64,000 nucleotides of DNA from an uncultured Candidatus Saccharibacteria bacterium (GTDB lineage: Bacteria; Patescibacteriota; Minisyncoccia; Phycocordibacterales; UBA9973). The notes under the pieces are model-generated. The model ran no database searches and was not told the origin of the DNA. It saw nothing but the letters and a program-made list of their open reading frames with translations. The position numbers were made by a program, and so were the translations under genes. This document shows, piece after piece, positions 10,195 through 20,420 of this stretch. Location: positions 1,229 through 65,228 of the forward strand of contig CAYRQJ010000003.1 of assembly GCA_964426555.1 (NCBI GenBank), read 5' to 3'. Numbering within the stretch: the first letter of the stretch is position 1; each line of letters begins with the position of its first letter.

Positions 10195-10836
10195 ATGAAA
10201 ATTGGGCAACAAGCAAAATCTGCTGGTAAAATTAAAAAACCAAGCAAAAATAATATTGTAAATTTTACAACATGGATTGGGTCAAACGAATCGTTGATTA
10301 TTCATTCCATTGTATTTGGGTTCTTTTTTTTAATCTCAATACTGGGTGCTGATTTTGATAAAATATTATTAGTATTAACTACACTGGTATCACTGGAAGC
10401 AATATATTTGTCGATTTTTATTCAAATGAGTGTAAACCGCCAAGGAGAACAATTAGAAATAGTCTCTGAAGACATTGAAGAAATTCAAGAAGATGTGGAA
10501 GAAATTCAAAAAGATGTGGAAGGGATTGAAGAAGATATTGATGAAATTCAGGAAGATGTGGAAGAAATTGAAAAAGACATTGATGAAATTCAGGAAGATG
10601 TAGAAGAAATTCAGGAAGATGTAGATGAATTACCAAATACTCCAAACACAAAAAAATCTATTACAAAAGATAGTATCGATTCAAAACAAAACGATTTAAA
10701 TAAAAATATTCTTACACTACTACAAAGTATGGATCAAAAAATTCAAGACTTACAAAAAGAATTAGCTATAAGTAAGTCTAAAGAAGCAAAAACAGATTCT
10801 ATAACAAAAAAAGTAGCAAAGTTAATAAAAAAATAA
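10195..10836 (+). CDS. DUF1003-like membrane protein with acidic heptad coiled coil
   Basis: WIGS..., LLVLTTLVSLEAIYLSIFIQMSVNRQ, then EDVEEIQ repeats. Confidence 0.75.
   Translation: MKIGQQAKSAGKIKKPSKNNIVNFTTWIGSNESLIIHSIVFGFFFLISILGADFDKILLVLTTLVSLEAIYLSIFIQMSVNRQGEQLEIVSEDIEEIQEDVEEIQKDVEGIEEDIDEIQEDVEEIEKDIDEIQEDVEEIQEDVDELPNTPNTKKSITKDSIDSKQNDLNKNILTLLQSMDQKIQDLQKELAISKSKEAKTDSITKKVAKLIKK
10468..10635 (+). repeat. Coding 21-bp tandem repeat, about 8 units
   Basis: Units like GAAGATGTGGAAGAAATTCAG encoding EDIEEIQ/EDVEEIQ/KDVEGIE/EDIDEIQ... Confidence 0.9.
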
Positions 10837-10848
10837 TCCCCTACGGGA

Positions 10849-11442
10849 TTATTTTTTTATATCAATATTTACTTTACCTTGTCTTAATATTTTAGGTTTA
10901 GACCCAGAATAGTCAACAAGAGTAGAAGGTTCGCCACGGCGTGTACCACCAGCTAAATATGCATCCACAGTATCTTTAAAATACCTGTGTGCTTTATTTT
11001 CACATGTTGCAGGTGGCTGACCTTCGGGGTTAGCACTGGGGGCTAATACTGGCCCAACGGAATTTATGATTTTATATAAATTACGAGATTTTTTGCCGAT
11101 CATACGAAAAGCAATACTACCAATTCCCCTGTGTAAATATTCGTATTTTTTAGAATTACATGGCAATACTATACTTACAGCTCCCGGCCAATATTTATTC
11201 ATAAAATCTTGCTGTTTTTCTGTAATAGAAATTCCAAAAGATTTTATTTGAACAACATCAGTAACTAAAATTATACATGGCTTTTTTGTATCTCTTTGCT
11301 TTATTTTATATAATTTATTTACAGCACGCTTATCTATTGCACGACAAATTATTCCATACATTGTATCTGTAGGAACTATAGCTACCCCACTATTCTTTAG
11401 TGTATCTATAACTTGGTTTACAGTATTACCTTTAAAAAACAT
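10849..11442 (-). CDS. tsaC: L-threonylcarbamoyladenylate synthase (Sua5/YrdC)
   Basis: PTDTMYG, K.R..KP, WPG, APSANPEG, PSTLVD, ILRQG. Confidence 0.93.
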   Translation of the reverse strand: MFFKGNTVNQVIDTLKNSGVAIVPTDTMYGIICRAIDKRAVNKLYKIKQRDTKKPCIILVTDVVQIKSFGISITEKQQDFMNKYWPGAVSIVLPCNSKKYEYLHRGIGSIAFRMIGKKSRNLYKIINSVGPVLAPSANPEGQPPATCENKAHRYFKDTVDAYLAGGTRRGEPSTLVDYSGSKPKILRQGKVNIDIKK

Positions 11443-11443
11443 T

Positions 11444-11788
11444 TTAAATATTATTTATTTTTGCAGCTAAAATAAAATCGTTATTTGATAGCCCACCAAT
11501 AGCATGAGTAGATAATGTAATTTCTACAAATTTATAATCTGTTAAATTAATGTCGGGGTGATGGCCTTCAACTTCAGCAATTACCCCAACTTTATTTACA
11601 AAATCCAATGCATGTTTAAAGTCTGCAAATATAAATTTTTGACTAATACTTTTAGCGTCATATGACAATACCCAATCATGTACGGCATCATTAACCAACA
11701 TCGCTTCGGCTTCTATTTGGTTTAAAGCTGGAAAATCTCCACCTTCGCACGGGATACATTTTTGGTTTATTAAATCTTGATCTTGCAT
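11444..11788 (-). CDS. Pterin-4a-carbinolamine dehydratase
   Basis: CIPCEGG, AEVEGHHPDI, THAIGGLSNNDFILAAKI; start moved to 11788. Confidence 0.92.
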   Translation of the reverse strand: MQDQDLINQKCIPCEGGDFPALNQIEAEAMLVNDAVHDWVLSYDAKSISQKFIFADFKHALDFVNKVGVIAEVEGHHPDINLTDYKFVEITLSTHAIGGLSNNDFILAAKINNI

Positions 11789-11833
11789 ATTTGTATTATA
11801 ACAAAAAAATTGGGAGTTACCCAATTCTTTGTA

Positions 11834-12541
11834 TTATTGTACTGTAGCTGGAATAGCACTAATTATTTCATTTATTTTATCTCGTGTTGTTTTACCAACA
11901 TAACCAGTTCCACTAATACCATAGTTTTTTTGAAATTTTCGTACAGAAGATAATGTTTTTATTCCAAAATATCCTGTAGGATTTCCATTAAATAAATTTT
12001 GGTCTACAAGAAAATTCTGTAATTTAACTACATCTTCACCACGACTGCCAAATCTTAGATTTGCATAAATCCCATTACCTATTATTTCAGTTGGTAATTG
12101 TTCTTCATTATCAACTATAGTTACCATTTTTGTTACAAATTGAGTTTGTCCCCCTCTTTCTAAATCTGGTTGTGGGCAAGGTGCCATAATACAATAAATT
12201 GTTGGCTGATAAGCATAATTTACATCGTAAATTGTACCGGGTTGTAAACCAGTAACAGTTACTTGTTTTTTACCTTCTGGAGTTTTTAAACATTCATTAT
12301 ATGTAGCACAGCCTTCAATATGACCTTTGGTATAATATTCAAAGTATAAATTATTTACATATTTATATGCTTCAGTTTTGTCTACAAAAACAAAAGTTGC
12401 TGAGTTAGTTGTAATATTAACAACATCAACTGTTGGTTTTTCACGAACCAGAGAAATATCATCAACTATTTCATTTGCCTTGGCTATATTAAAGGCAAAA
12501 ATACTTAGGACTATAAAAAATACTATGTTTATTTTTTTCAT
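11834..12541 (-). CDS. Secreted protein with FnIII-like region and C-terminal peptidoglycan-binding domain
   Basis: Signal peptide, TGLQPGT.Y, CIMAPCP, LRFGSRGEDVVKLQNFL...TGYFG..T...VRKFQ...TGYVG..TR. Confidence 0.8.
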   Translation of the reverse strand: MKKINIVFFIVLSIFAFNIAKANEIVDDISLVREKPTVDVVNITTNSATFVFVDKTEAYKYVNNLYFEYYTKGHIEGCATYNECLKTPEGKKQVTVTGLQPGTIYDVNYAYQPTIYCIMAPCPQPDLERGGQTQFVTKMVTIVDNEEQLPTEIIGNGIYANLRFGSRGEDVVKLQNFLVDQNLFNGNPTGYFGIKTLSSVRKFQKNYGISGTGYVGKTTRDKINEIISAIPATVQ

Positions 12542-12543
12542 AA

Positions 12544-13680
12544 CTATACCTTAAATTCTACCACATCTCCGTCTTTTACAATATAGTCTTTGCCTACTGT
12601 CATTAATTTACCTTTGGCACGAGCGTCACCATAACTACCGGCTTCCAAAAGATCTTTCCAGTATACTACTTCAGCGCGAATGAATTTATCACGAAAATCG
12701 GTATGTATTGCCATACCAGCAACTGGTGCGGTACTTCCTTTCTCAATAGTCCAAGCTCTTGTCTCGGTTTCGCCTGTTGTAAAATAAGTTTCTAGACCAA
12801 GTAATTCATAAGACCCACGGATAAGGTCGGTAATCCCGTCCCCTGATTCTCCTCCAAATTCACTGCGCATCTCTTCCTTCTCAGCGCCATCGAAATCTTT
12901 TAGTTCTTCTTCAATTTTTGCATCGAACAACACAAACCCTGCTCGTTCATTGTAAATTTCGTTTAATAATTCTTTGTAAATTTCTGGAGCTTCAATATTT
13001 AAATTTTTTGCACCAGCACGAGTGTTTAACCCATATAACATTGGTTTAATAGTAATTAACCCTAATTGTTTTATGGCTTTCATTTCAAACTCATCCAAAT
13101 CTGCACGACGTGCAGGTAAACCAATTTCAAGCAAAGCTAGCACTTTTTCAATTGCTGACAACTCAACTAATGCATTTTTGTCTCCGCGACTTGCGTCTTT
13201 AGCAACATTCCCACGACGCTTTGTAACAGTATCAAGATCAGCCAAAGCTAATTCCATATTAATTACAGACATATCACGAATAGGATTAAAATCGGTATAC
13301 ACATGTTGCATTTCCCCACCGCTTAATTCTTTTCCATCTTTACCCAGATTTGATATTGGGAATAATCGTACAAGATGTAAGATTGCATCAACTTCACGAA
13401 TATGAGTTAAAAATTTATTACCCAAGCCTTCGCCCTTGCTGGCGCCTTCTACTAACCCTGCAATATCCACAAATTCAATAATTGCTGGAACAGTTTTTAC
13501 AGACTCTGAAAATATACCCAGTAAATTTAATCTTTCGTCAGGGACAGGAACAATACCTACTGATGGGTCAATAGTACAAAAAGGATAGTTTTCTGCTGGA
13601 ACAGATTTTTTTGTAAGCGCGTTAAACAATGTTGATTTTCCAACATTTGGTAGTCCTACAATTCCGATACTTAATTTCAT
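12544..13680 (-). CDS. ychF: Redox-regulated ATPase YchF
   Basis: GIVGLPNVGKSTLFNALT, NYPFCTIDP, DIAGLV, GEGLGNKFL. Confidence 0.97.
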   Translation of the reverse strand: MKLSIGIVGLPNVGKSTLFNALTKKSVPAENYPFCTIDPSVGIVPVPDERLNLLGIFSESVKTVPAIIEFVDIAGLVEGASKGEGLGNKFLTHIREVDAILHLVRLFPISNLGKDGKELSGGEMQHVYTDFNPIRDMSVINMELALADLDTVTKRRGNVAKDASRGDKNALVELSAIEKVLALLEIGLPARRADLDEFEMKAIKQLGLITIKPMLYGLNTRAGAKNLNIEAPEIYKELLNEIYNERAGFVLFDAKIEEELKDFDGAEKEEMRSEFGGESGDGITDLIRGSYELLGLETYFTTGETETRAWTIEKGSTAPVAGMAIHTDFRDKFIRAEVVYWKDLLEAGSYGDARAKGKLMTVGKDYIVKDGDVVEFKV

Positions 13681-13782
13681 GTGGTTAATATAGCAGAAAT
13701 AAGGGTATTTGTCATTTATAAATTACATTATTTAAATTCTACTTTTATCGCAAAATATAGGTTTATCTGCTAGTATGGTTAT

Positions 13783-14355
13783 ATGACTATAAAGATAACT
13801 TCTACAAAATTTGTAAAAGGAGTTGTAGGTAATGACCCAATTTTAACCAATGGTATCCCCCATTTGGCGTTTATTGGTAGATCTAATGTGGGTAAATCCA
13901 GCCTTATAAATTCACTAACCCATAGTAAAATTTCACGTACTAGTAGTAAGCCCGGTAGTACAAGAGAAATAAATGTATATTTAATAAATGGAGAATATTA
14001 TCTTGTTGATTTACCAGGGTATGGATTTGCGCAAGGGTCAAAATCTAGTAAAGAAAAAATGAGTGATCTTATTGAATCTTATATTTTTAACCCTAACTAC
14101 ACTCAAAAAAAGATAGTTCTAATAATTGATGCCAATGTTGGCATGACTGAAAAAGATCTTAGCATGTACGAAGAACTAAAAGAAAGTAAAAAAGATTTTA
14201 TTGTAGCTGCCAGTAAAATAGATAAAATGACTCAGTCTGAATATCATCACAAAATCAAGGAATTAGAATCTATGGTTGGCGCAAGTATTCTGTACCCATT
14301 CTCTTCAAAGAAGAAAAAAGGGTTAGATAAAATTACAGAAGTAGTTTTTGGGTAA
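13783..14355 (+). CDS. engB: Ribosome biogenesis GTPase EngB/YihA
   Basis: GRSNVGKSSLIN, DLPGYG, SKIDK. Confidence 0.95.
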   Translation: MTIKITSTKFVKGVVGNDPILTNGIPHLAFIGRSNVGKSSLINSLTHSKISRTSSKPGSTREINVYLINGEYYLVDLPGYGFAQGSKSSKEKMSDLIESYIFNPNYTQKKIVLIIDANVGMTEKDLSMYEELKESKKDFIVAASKIDKMTQSEYHHKIKELESMVGASILYPFSSKKKKGLDKITEVVFG

Positions 14356-14407
14356 TAAAAAAAGCAGGCCTTTTTAGACCTGCGTTTGATATGTTTTTTC
14401 TTATGGT

Positions 14408-15511
14408 TTAATTTTTAACCATAAGCTTTTTAGTTAGTATTCCATACCGATTATCAACCAATATGGTATATAAACCGGTTGGAAGATTCTGAATTTCTAA
14501 AAAATTGTTTAATTCTTGAGAATTAGCTTCGTAAACCACTTTTCCATAAAGATCTGTGATTTGAATTTTATTTTCCAAAAGTTCAGTACCTTTTAAATCA
14601 ATAATTACAATATCAGTAGAATTAGCCGGATTAGGATAAACAACCATTTCTGGCTTTCCACTTAATTCTGTACCAATCTTTGGCATAACTATTGGAGAGT
14701 ATTCAAACTTATCATCATGGTCAATCTGCTTGATTCTATATGCACAGAATTTTATTGGCATATTATCAATAAATTCATAGTACAAATTTTGACTTGAATT
14801 TCCGGCACCTTTGATAGTTCCGATTCTTTCAAAATCTTTACCATTTACAGTGCGTTCGATTTCAAATCGATCATTATTGATTTCTGTAGCTGTAACCCAA
14901 TTAATGATATTTTTTATTCCATTAATTTTTGCACCTACTGTTAACCATGTAACTGGTAATGGGCTATTTGTGGCATCTAGGGTAAAGATTGTGTAATAAA
15001 AATCATCATCACAATCAAAAGCAACACCTGAAAATTTAACTTCAGTACTAGTAGTACTACTAGCTCCGCTAACTAGAGCAGTCCAATTTCCACTGGTTCC
15101 GGTCCTGCGAGCTAATATATAATTACTAGCAGTTCCAGGAGAAACAGAAACCCCATAATCTGGGAAGTTAAAAATAAAATCTACAGAATATGTATGATTT
15201 CCAGAATGATGCCCCGCATCAATCCGATACACAACATCCCATCTTTCATCTGCGCTAGAGATTCCCGAGATATCGGTATTATTCATTGCTCCTGTAGTTC
15301 CAGAACCTGAGTAAAAATCAATATTATGCTGTGGATTAGAAGCAAGCACCAATTTCAATGCACCATTAGTATAAGTGCCTGCATTTGAAATAGTTGTTTG
15401 TGCAAAAGCTTTTTCAAAGCCAATGGTAAATAGTAAGATCATCATAACTGACGAAATACGAAATCTGTTGCTCACTAGAGCTTCTTTTGGTAAAAAATTT
15501 TTAAATAACAT
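14408..15511 (-). CDS. Secreted protein with Bacteroidota T9SS type-A sorting (CTD)-like C-terminus
   Basis: Signal peptide; LPVTWL, W.TATEINNDRFEIER, YRIKQIDHD, VYPNPA, LPTGLY, terminal KKLMVKN. Confidence 0.8.
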   Translation of the reverse strand: MLFKNFLPKEALVSNRFRISSVMMILLFTIGFEKAFAQTTISNAGTYTNGALKLVLASNPQHNIDFYSGSGTTGAMNNTDISGISSADERWDVVYRIDAGHHSGNHTYSVDFIFNFPDYGVSVSPGTASNYILARRTGTSGNWTALVSGASSTTSTEVKFSGVAFDCDDDFYYTIFTLDATNSPLPVTWLTVGAKINGIKNIINWVTATEINNDRFEIERTVNGKDFERIGTIKGAGNSSQNLYYEFIDNMPIKFCAYRIKQIDHDDKFEYSPIVMPKIGTELSGKPEMVVYPNPANSTDIVIIDLKGTELLENKIQITDLYGKVVYEANSQELNNFLEIQNLPTGLYTILVDNRYGILTKKLMVKN

Positions 15512-15633
15512 AGAAGGATAAGTTTTTTAAAGTAAAACAAATTTTTAATATTGTCAAGATTATAACATCTATACAAGTTTTTGTCAAATAAAATACCAAG
15601 ATATAATCTTGGTATTTTATTTATATATTTTTT

Positions 15634-15960
15634 TTACAAACCCATATTCCCCATTCCACCCATTAATTCCATTAGTGGCATTAATGCTTCACGGTGTTTT
15701 ACAAATTCATCTTTGTATTTCATCATTACAGCCATTTGTGCCATTTCTGGATTCATACCATTTTTTATTTTTTCTTCAGTTTCAGTTTGAATTTTTTCTA
15801 GCAAATTTTTTACTTCTTTATTATCTTCAAGACTTTTTAGTTTCTTTGCAAGATCTGGATTTTCTTCAATCTTTTTTACAAGTTCGTCTATTTTGTCTTC
15901 AGGTACGCCCTTTAATTTACTGCCTAATGCTTTTTTTAGTATCCAATGTTTTAATCCCAT
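15634..15960 (-). CDS. Hypothetical helical protein
   Basis: 108-aa ORF, charged and Met-rich. Confidence 0.7.
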   Translation of the reverse strand: MGLKHWILKKALGSKLKGVPEDKIDELVKKIEENPDLAKKLKSLEDNKEVKNLLEKIQTETEEKIKNGMNPEMAQMAVMMKYKDEFVKHREALMPLMELMGGMGNMGL

Positions 15961-15984
15961 AAAAATTTTATTTTAATAATAATG

Positions 15985-16056
15985 TGATCCCACAGAGAAT
16001 CGAACTCTGATTCCATCCTTGAGAAGGATGTGTCCTAACCGTTAGACGATGAGACC
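15985..16056 (-). tRNA. tRNA-Glu(CTC)
   Basis: Cloverleaf GGTCTCA...TGGGATC-A; anticodon arm CATCC-TTCTCAA-GGATG. Confidence 0.93.
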
Positions 16057-16101
16057 ATAATTGTATTTATAGCAAAAAAATACAATTATATCAATTTGCT
16101 A

Positions 16102-17394
16102 CTACACTCTCTTTTTCCATTCGGCATCCTGGCGGACAAGTAGATTTGGAATAGTTGATTTATCTTCAATTAATTCCTCTACTAATTTTTCCATACGCAT
16201 ACCCTGAGAACCTTTTACCAATACAACATCACCAAATTTTATTTTGTTTAATAAGTCAATTTGTACTGTCTCCATGTTGTCACTATACATTATTTTTGTT
16301 TTTGCATATTTTTTATCTATCAATAAATCATAAGCATACTGCATACGCGGACCAACCAAATAAATAAAATCTAATTTTTGATCTTTTAAGAAATACCCAA
16401 TTTCTTCATGAGCATCTTTTGTCATTTTACCTAAATCCAACATATCCCCAAGCACTGCAATATGGCGGCCATTTGTATCGATAGTGGTTAATGTTTCTAT
16501 TGCGGCTTCCATGGCTGCAGGTGACGCATTATAAGAATCGTCCAGTATTAATGTATTATTTATCCCAAGTATTGGATTTAATCTACCCGGAGTAATCCCC
16601 AGTGTCGACATAGATGTAGCAATTTGTTCTGCATCGTAACCCAATGCGTCACCGGCAGCTACTGCAAACATTACTCCATATATTTGATGACGCGCAATAA
16701 ATCCCGGAGCAAAAGTAGGAATAACTTTGCCTCGCATTATTATATTAAATTTCATACCGTAGACTCCATTTTCCGCTATTACTCGCTCTAAATTATTTGC
16801 GGTTACATCATTAGTAGGATCAAACCCTATAGTAACAACGGGGTGATTTGTATTTTTTGCAATATCGTACACATGTTTACTGTCTTTATTTAAAATAATA
16901 CTACCACCAGCACGAGTATATTTAACCAGTGCACTTTTTTCGTCTACAATATTTTCACGGGTTCCAAAAAATTCTATATGTACTGGCACATCAGGAATGT
17001 GTGTAATTATTGAAACATGAGGTTTTAACCATTTTGCAAGACGTGGAATATCTCCAGGGAATCTTGTTCCCACTTCTAAAATTAAAACTTTGGGGTATTC
17101 GTCTTTTATTAAAACTCTTATTCCTTTGGCGATAACATTAAACCACCCCAACACACTACCCCAAGCATTTGGCGCCATTATAATAGACAGTGGCACACCA
17201 AAATCACTATTATAGCTTTTGTCAGCTTTAGCAATTTTGGTAACTGAAGCCATACCATGGGCCACCACATCTTTTGTTGTAGTTTTACCAACAGACCCAG
17301 TAATAGCAATTACCACAGGTTTATGTCGCCATAATATTAACTGAGAAACTAATTTCAGTAAAAATATTATAATTTTTTTGATATATCTATTCAT
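16102..17394 (-). CDS. murF: UDP-MurNAc-tripeptide--D-Ala-D-Ala ligase
   Basis: ITGSVGKTTTK, DDSYNASP, VLGDMLDLG, VLVKGSQGMRME. Confidence 0.95.
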   Translation of the reverse strand: MNRYIKKIIIFLLKLVSQLILWRHKPVVIAITGSVGKTTTKDVVAHGMASVTKIAKADKSYNSDFGVPLSIIMAPNAWGSVLGWFNVIAKGIRVLIKDEYPKVLILEVGTRFPGDIPRLAKWLKPHVSIITHIPDVPVHIEFFGTRENIVDEKSALVKYTRAGGSIILNKDSKHVYDIAKNTNHPVVTIGFDPTNDVTANNLERVIAENGVYGMKFNIIMRGKVIPTFAPGFIARHQIYGVMFAVAAGDALGYDAEQIATSMSTLGITPGRLNPILGINNTLILDDSYNASPAAMEAAIETLTTIDTNGRHIAVLGDMLDLGKMTKDAHEEIGYFLKDQKLDFIYLVGPRMQYAYDLLIDKKYAKTKIMYSDNMETVQIDLLNKIKFGDVVLVKGSQGMRMEKLVEELIEDKSTIPNLLVRQDAEWKKRV

Positions 17395-17439
17395 TGTTTT
17401 TCTTTTATACTTTATAACTTTACAAACTTTCAGTTTATC

Positions 17440-19125
17440 TTATCTGTCTGGTTCTATTCTTCCATAGGAAATTAAAAAGCGCAAATAAGAGAATAATGGT
17501 TTTGCTAGCGAATATGACGCGTATTCTACATTTTTAGGATACACATTATAAAGTAATACTATGTATTTAGGATTACTAGCTGGGATATAAGCAAACATTG
17601 TATGCAAATACCTGTCATCGTAATATTTACCATTTGGCCCAGCAATTTGAGCCGTTCCAGTTTTTGCTGCAACACTATGATGTGGAAATGCCAATGTACC
17701 ATTTTGCAAATCAGTATCTACAACTTTGGTTAATACACTACTAATTCTTTTTGCTGTTTCTTCTTTTAACGCTCGGTCTAAGTATGTATTTTCAAACTTT
17801 TTTACGACTTCTCCATCTGGGGTACGAATCTCTTTTACAATATGAGGATTTGCTGGAATTCCACCGTTAGCTAATGTTGAAAAAGCTCGAATTGCTTGAA
17901 TAGGTGTGACTGCAAACCCTTGACCAAAAGAAGCCGAGGCAAATTCAATATCACGATTTGAATCCCAGTTTTTGGTTAATGAATTTATTTCACTAGGTAA
18001 ATCAATATTTGTTTTTTCGCGAAAACCATAACTAGTCAAATATTTGCGCATATCACTAATCCCAATTTTTTGAAAAATCATTACCATTCCAGTATTTAGT
18101 GATTGACCAAGAATAGTTTTAATAGTTACAACCCCGCGCCCTTTTTTATCAAAGTTATGAATTGTTTCTACTCCTACTTTTATGCTACCAGTATCATTGA
18201 ATTTTGTATTTTCATCAACTACTCCCAAATCTATTCCCGTAGCAACAATTAAAGGCTTCATTACGGAACCAAATTCATAAACTTTTGAAACAGCAGGATT
18301 TAAAAATACTGATTCGTCTTTGGCTGATTTTAAATCATTTGGGTCAAAACCCGGAGTATATGTCATGGCTAAAATTTCTCCAGTTTTTGGATCCATTACT
18401 ATACCTCCGACACCTTCAGAACTATAAAGTTTTTGAACGTCTTCTACTGTTTTCTCTAATGCAACTTGGATTTCAGGTTCCAAAGTTGTAACAATATCCA
18501 TTCTTGTATTTTTGCCTTTTTTAATATTTCTAAAAACTGCAGCAAAAGAATTTATATTTGCCTGAGTATCCGGCGGGGTTAAATATTTTTCATAAAATTT
18601 TTCCAGACCATATACACCTTGTTCGTAATCTCCAACATGCGCTACTACACCTAATACATGCGATGCTTGCTTGCCAGCAGGATACGAGCGCCATAATTCT
18701 CTTGTTAAAATTACTCCTTCTATTTTTGCATTAAATAATTCTTCTTTTTTATTTTTTGGTACACGATGAGCTATTTCTTCATAAGGATCTGTTTTTTTCA
18801 ACATTTTTTCATTAAAAATATTTTTTTCTATTGGGTAAATGGTATTAATTTTTTTAAAAGTTTCTTCTGGGTTTATTATTGTTCTTGGAGATATTGCTAA
18901 AATATAACCACTGTTCATAGTAGCAGCTGATACCAAATTACCATCTTGTCTTGTAAAATAAATACTGCCCCTGGGTTCAGTTTCTCCTCGGCCAGTCATA
19001 TACTGACCATCACCACGAGTTTGATAAACGGATTTATGTATTACTTGTACATAAAAAAGTTTTACTATTATTAAAACAAAAAGCCCAACAATAAATAACG
19101 ATAGAATTCTTGTTCGGCTTATCAT
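17440..19125 (-). CDS. ftsI: Class B penicillin-binding protein (FtsI-like)
   Basis: GSVMK (SxxK), SLN, KTGTAQ; follows mraZ-rsmH-ftsL. Confidence 0.85.
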   Translation of the reverse strand: MISRTRILSLFIVGLFVLIIVKLFYVQVIHKSVYQTRGDGQYMTGRGETEPRGSIYFTRQDGNLVSAATMNSGYILAISPRTIINPEETFKKINTIYPIEKNIFNEKMLKKTDPYEEIAHRVPKNKKEELFNAKIEGVILTRELWRSYPAGKQASHVLGVVAHVGDYEQGVYGLEKFYEKYLTPPDTQANINSFAAVFRNIKKGKNTRMDIVTTLEPEIQVALEKTVEDVQKLYSSEGVGGIVMDPKTGEILAMTYTPGFDPNDLKSAKDESVFLNPAVSKVYEFGSVMKPLIVATGIDLGVVDENTKFNDTGSIKVGVETIHNFDKKGRGVVTIKTILGQSLNTGMVMIFQKIGISDMRKYLTSYGFREKTNIDLPSEINSLTKNWDSNRDIEFASASFGQGFAVTPIQAIRAFSTLANGGIPANPHIVKEIRTPDGEVVKKFENTYLDRALKEETAKRISSVLTKVVDTDLQNGTLAFPHHSVAAKTGTAQIAGPNGKYYDDRYLHTMFAYIPASNPKYIVLLYNVYPKNVEYASYSLAKPLFSYLRFLISYGRIEPDR

Positions 19126-19135
19126 GTTTTATATT

Positions 19136-19465
19136 TTACTTTTTTAGATTAGCAATTGCAATAGAATTTACAGATGTATCTATGTCAGATTTTACATAAA
19201 TTGCATTAGGTGATATTTGAAAACCACTACTATCAGTATTCCCAAGTGCAATAGAATTTTCTTCTGTCATGTATTCAATTTCTTTTGTAGCTAAATCTGT
19301 TTTTCGGTCTTCAACATTTTTTGTGATACTACGCATTGTTACAACATTACTAGATGTGGCGCATAATAACACTACATAGCTAAACATAAAAAACCCAATT
19401 CCGTATGCCATATACAAATTTAATTTTTGGAATTTCTGTATTTGTTTTTTTTGTATTTTATTCAT
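19136..19465 (-). CDS. FtsL-like cell division protein
   Basis: Single TM plus coiled coil, located between rsmH and ftsI. Confidence 0.55.
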   Translation of the reverse strand: MNKIQKKQIQKFQKLNLYMAYGIGFFMFSYVVLLCATSSNVVTMRSITKNVEDRKTDLATKEIEYMTEENSIALGNTDSSGFQISPNAIYVKSDIDTSVNSIAIANLKK

Positions 19466-19516
19466 CTTCCTAAACTTTTTATTATAATTAATAATTTCGG
19501 TGAATCATCTTTGCCT

Positions 19517-20419
19517 TTAAAAAGTTTTGGTAGATTCATGGGTTTTTTCTATTACTCTTAATTTACTACTTCTACTTCTTGGATTTTCTATTATTTCTTG
19601 GTCTTGTGGGATTATTGGTTTTTTTGTTATGGCTTTAAATTTACCCGTTTCTGTTAGATTTTTAAATTTTTGTTTTACTATTCTATCTTCCAGTGAATGA
19701 AAGGTTATAACCAACATTCGTCCACCAGGAGACAACAGTTGTGGTAATTCGTCTAATGCTTTAACTAGTGACGATAATTCCCCATTTATTGCAATTCTTA
19801 TGGCTTGGAATGTTTTTGTAGCAGGATGAGTACGTCCAAATCTTTTGTGCATTGGGTATGCGGAATAAACAATATCTCGCAATTCAAAAGTAGTTTCAAT
19901 TGGTTTAATACTGCGAGCTTCAATTATTTTTTGAACTATTCTTCGGGCATATGATTCTTCCCCCAGTTCAACCAACACATCCAGTAATTCTGTCTCATCT
20001 ACTGTGTTTATATATTCTTTAGCAGTATCAATATCATTCCCAGACATAAGCATATTCAAAGGAGCGTCAAATCTAAAAGAAAAACCACGCTCTGGGTCGT
20101 CCAGTTGCATGGAAGAAATACCAAGATCAAGCAAAATTGTATCTACATTTTTTACACTAAGATTAGTTAAAAATTTTGCTGCTTGAGAAAAATTTGTTTG
20201 GACAAAATGTACACAAGGATAACCAATTAATTTCTCTTTTGCTATAACTAATGCTTTTGGGTCTAAGTCAAACCCATAATATGCTGAGATATTTACAGAA
20301 TTTAAAAAACTAAATGCATGACCACCCAACCCCAGTGTTCCATCAACTACTACTGCCCCAGTAGGCAAATAAGAATTATTTAATACTTCGTGAGATAAAA
20401 CGCTTTTGTGGGTATACAT
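19517..20419 (-). CDS. rsmH: 16S rRNA m4C1402 methyltransferase
   Basis: HKSVL, DGTLGLGGH, DLGISSMQLD, ITFHSLEDRIVK, NPRSRSSKLR; start moved to 20419. Confidence 0.97.
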   Translation of the reverse strand: MYTHKSVLSHEVLNNSYLPTGAVVVDGTLGLGGHAFSFLNSVNISAYYGFDLDPKALVIAKEKLIGYPCVHFVQTNFSQAAKFLTNLSVKNVDTILLDLGISSMQLDDPERGFSFRFDAPLNMLMSGNDIDTAKEYINTVDETELLDVLVELGEESYARRIVQKIIEARSIKPIETTFELRDIVYSAYPMHKRFGRTHPATKTFQAIRIAINGELSSLVKALDELPQLLSPGGRMLVITFHSLEDRIVKQKFKNLTETGKFKAITKKPIIPQDQEIIENPRSRSSKLRVIEKTHESTKTF

Positions 20420-20420
20420 A

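Noticed and set aside
10468-10635. Tandem repeat as a CRISPR array
   Set aside because: Contiguous in-frame 21-bp units without spacers, inside a CDS.
16038-16047. CCGTTAGA within tRNA-Glu resembling the element end
   Set aside because: It is the normal D-arm sequence; an 8-nt match alone is not evidence of a relationship.
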